From positions 2,581,003 through 2,645,002 of the forward strand of contig MU058065.1 in the NCBI GenBank assembly GCA_013265495.1: a stretch of DNA of 64,000 nucleotides. Direction: 5' to 3'. This document shows positions 60,766 through 64,000 of the stretch, in pieces. The translations under genes and the position numbers were made by a program. A model generated the notes under the pieces. It worked only from the letters and a program-made list of their open reading frames with translations. It searched no databases and was not told where the DNA came from. The DNA is from Vicugna vicugna. Lineage: Eukaryota. Within the stretch, counting starts at the first letter, position 1, and each line of letters begins with the position of its first letter.

Positions 60766-62924
60766 TTGTTGGCAGGCCAACTAAAACCTACTTCTAAGCT
60801 GAAATTAATACATTAAGCAACTTACACAGTAATGTTTTCCAAATGGTTAAGAATCCACTTTGCCAATCTAAACTCTATGCTGCTCATAAAAATATTTTGA
60901 GAGAACACATTAACAGACACACAGAAATCCAGATGTTTGTTATCCACAGTATTACATTGCAATATTAATAAAATGGAGTGAGCTGAGTTGACATAATGTT
61001 CTCAGTGAGCCTGGAACAGCATAAGAATTTCATATGATGGGACTGAATTTATCAAGAGTTCAAGAAGCTAAGAGGCAGTGCATCTGAAAAAAGTTTTCCC
61101 ACACAATCCCTATACCAATGATTCCCATAATATTGACAAGCTACTAATGAGAATGTTATCTTAAATGTATACAGTGTTGTTCATATAAGTCCATCCAGAA
61201 AGCTAGACAATAGCCTGGAGTTATCCCCCAAGTAAAGAGTCTAAAGGTTGAAATCACTGTGTATAAAAAAAGGATAATGCAGTCAGATGTCAGAAATGGG
61301 AACGCTGTAGAAATTGCCATCTTTTAAACTCCACAGGGACACTACAAACCCTGGAGGAATGTTTCATGTTTCATTCATCTATGTAGAAAATTTCTCTCCA
61401 TTGTCTTATACTCTTCTGGCTTCTATGTATGGCGTCCTTTGTTGTAGATCATCTATATCTTATCATCTTCTCTCAAAGCCTTCTTTCAGAATCTGCGTCC
61501 TACTCACCATCCTTTGCTAACAGGGGTATCTCCAGATGGTTCCCTTATCATGTACAGTTACCTTTATCCCGTAGTTGACTCACCATTGTTATGGCTACAG
61601 TTTCTTAGTGGTGGGACCACTAATCTCCCTGTTTGGACCATCTTTGAAGTCATCTAACCATCCTTGGAATGACATCAAATAATTTAGCCCCTAATTGAAC
61701 AGTGATTATCTTTTAGCCATGTTAGACATTAACATTTCTTTCTTTATTCTTAATATCAATAATAATTAGTATATGAGGATTAGAAATGGGAAGTAAGTGG
61801 ATGCTAAAGCAGTGACAAAATTTTTTCTCTGATGTCTTAATTGGAGAAAGGTAATCAAACTGGAGCAAGAATTGGAGTATATTTCCGTCTCTTAATCAGG
61901 AGGAATTTTTGCTTTCTGCTTTACAAACGTGTTGATAATTTACTTTTCAAGCATAGGATTGCTTTTATAATAGGTACAAGCATCACAATATTGCCATTTG
62001 GGACGAACAATTATGCAAAATGATTAGTTGACTCCAACCCCTAAATGTAAAAGACTCCAACAGAATGCTGCCCCTTCTTGAGACCATTTGCCTGGTTAGT
62101 AAATACTTTCTAAGCTTGTAGCTTGGCAGGTATAGTTGTATTTGCAAGGAGTTCCAGAGAACCTATTGTCTTGAAAGAATAAGATTCACTAAAGTCTTCA
62201 CTTCTACATAAATAAATGCCCAAGGTCTATAACAGAGTCAGACTCCATGCTGGTCCCCTCATAGTTAATTTAAAAATTAAAGAAGTGCTTTGAACCCCTT
62301 AAAAAGTGAAAGTGGTAGTCAGAATTGAATCTCTTCACTGGTGTGTTGTTTAGATGGTCATTACTTGACGTGTTTGGGAGGAAAGAGATAAAAGAAGTTA
62401 GAATGATTGCTTCTTGATTATAAACCTAAGAGAGTATAGAGGATAAAGCTTTAAGTCAACCTAGATTTCCATCCCCAAAGACACAATAATCAAGGTTACC
62501 CCCTTTCCCCGGCCCTTGTAGAATGACTACCATATGGACAAGAATCAATGAAAGCTCCTGCTTAACAGAATTATTTTGGGAGGTAAAATTTTTCATCAAA
62601 AAATTCAACAGAGTTCTTTGATCATTCCTTTAGATGTGAAATTTGCTTTCTTTTACAGAATATTTCTTTTCAGTGGTATTTGACTGTACTGTCACTCCAA
62701 TATTCTATTTCTATTTCACGGTATTAATAACTCTTTCTTCCTAGAGAAAATATTAACAAGGGTGGAATTACCTTAAGTGGCTCTGTGACCTCCAAGTATT
62801 AAAAGGAATGTGATGATTTTGGGACTTGATTTTGGTTACATTACTGTTTCTTTTCCTGAGTTGATTATTATATAGTAGTTGGGAAATTGTTTACTTTTTC
62901 TTTCATAGCAAATACAGTAATGCC

Positions 62925-63170
62925 ATAAGCTGTGGAAATGAACACTGGATTTGGCATCAGAAAAGCAGAAGTTGAATCTCATCTCTGGCACCTACTAATT
63001 GTGCAAGCTTGAAAAAGCTACTTAAATTCCATTTTGGTTTCTTCATCTGGAGAGTGAAAATAGATCATAGGCCCTACCTAATAGAGAGAGGTGCTATTAG
63101 ACCTCAAATACCATAATGATAGTGAAAAATCTGGAAATTAGAAAGCACAAACAAGAATTATGTAGTTTTA
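62925..63170 (+). mobile_element. MIR SINE remnant
   Basis: gaacactggatttggcatcagaa...ctactaattgtgcaagcttgaaaaagctacttaa...ggtttcttcatctgg. Confidence 0.65.
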
Positions 63171-64000
63171 TTTCTATGAACAGTTTACCTTCCAAAGGTT
63201 CATTTTTCAGTTAGTTGTTTGGGACACAAAAGACATTGTTTCATAGACAATGCACTGTATGGAAGAGACTGTCAAATTTGTTCAGATAGTGGAACACCTG
63301 GAAAACATATGCTTTTTGGAAAACACCATAAAATACTGATATGCTTAATTCCATAATAGGAAATGGTAATACTCAATAATGGAAAATATGAATTAAGTGT
63401 ATATGTATGCAATATCAAATCACAGTCATAAGCATGTGTCCACAGAGAGCTTTTCTATTTATATCCTGGGTTCTTTGTTCAATTATCATTGATGCCTTGT
63501 TATCTGCTAGGCTAATTGCAGGTAGGAAGCAATGGTTAGCAAAGATTTAAGAAATATTAATGGAAAATTTTAAATCGAGAATATATTTCAAGTAGATGGA
63601 TTCTACTTCATCTTCCTCCCTGTCTCTCCACACCACTATGACTGAAACAGAACTAATTTGTGAATCATCATTATGTGGGAACAGAGATTGAGAACTACCA
63701 CCATAAAGGGTAATTCTGTACCCAGGCCAGCTTGCAAACATCTTTTTAATCCATAATGTGGCTGTTCTAACAGCAATAACAGCTATTTTATAACTGTATA
63801 AAACCAGTTTTTTTAGATTAGAAAATGCTGATTTTTGAAACGATGATGAAGATAAATTCTAATCGTCTTTATGGGTGCTTTTAGGATTAAAGAAAAGCAA
63901 CTTATAAAGTCCTTCTGTACATAAAAATGAAAATCACTGAGATTTAAAGCCCCAAGAAAGTTACTATTGCTGCTCTTGTTAGAAGGAAATATTCTTACTA

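Noticed and set aside
1..64000. CRISPR arrays, operons or other prokaryotic systems; host multi-exon gene
   Set aside because: The sequence is mammalian and repeat-rich. No regularly spaced repeat array and no chain of recognisable coding exons was seen, though small exons could be missed by eye.

Overview
Mammalian genomic DNA, most likely camelid (alpaca/camel): it carries two tRNA-Ala-derived vic-1-like SINEs. The window is AT-rich and repeat-dense, and looks intergenic or deep intronic; I found no convincing host protein-coding exon. The dominant feature is a ~6.3 kb LINE-1 (22227-28520, +) with uninterrupted ORF1 (300 aa) and ORF2 (1265 aa), a CpG-rich 5'UTR, a 397-nt inter-ORF spacer and a 16-bp TSD, inserted into an old L1M 3'UTR. 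Most of the rest is ancient repeat (L1M, L2, MIR, MLT1, MER21, MER34-like, MER2B, MER3). The most interesting oddities are: (1) a 73-codon ORF in the L1 spacer, preceded by a splice acceptor and overlapping the ORF2 start; (2) a 353-bp TSD-flanked mini-L1 made only of 5'UTR and 3'UTR, possibly spliced; (3) a TSD-flanked, structured ~190-bp retro-insertion of unknown origin; (4) a SINE/L1-tail chimera; (5) an unexplained ~220-bp insertion splitting an MLT1 LTR. Repeat family names come from recalled consensus motifs, not a database search, and boundaries of old repeats are approximate.
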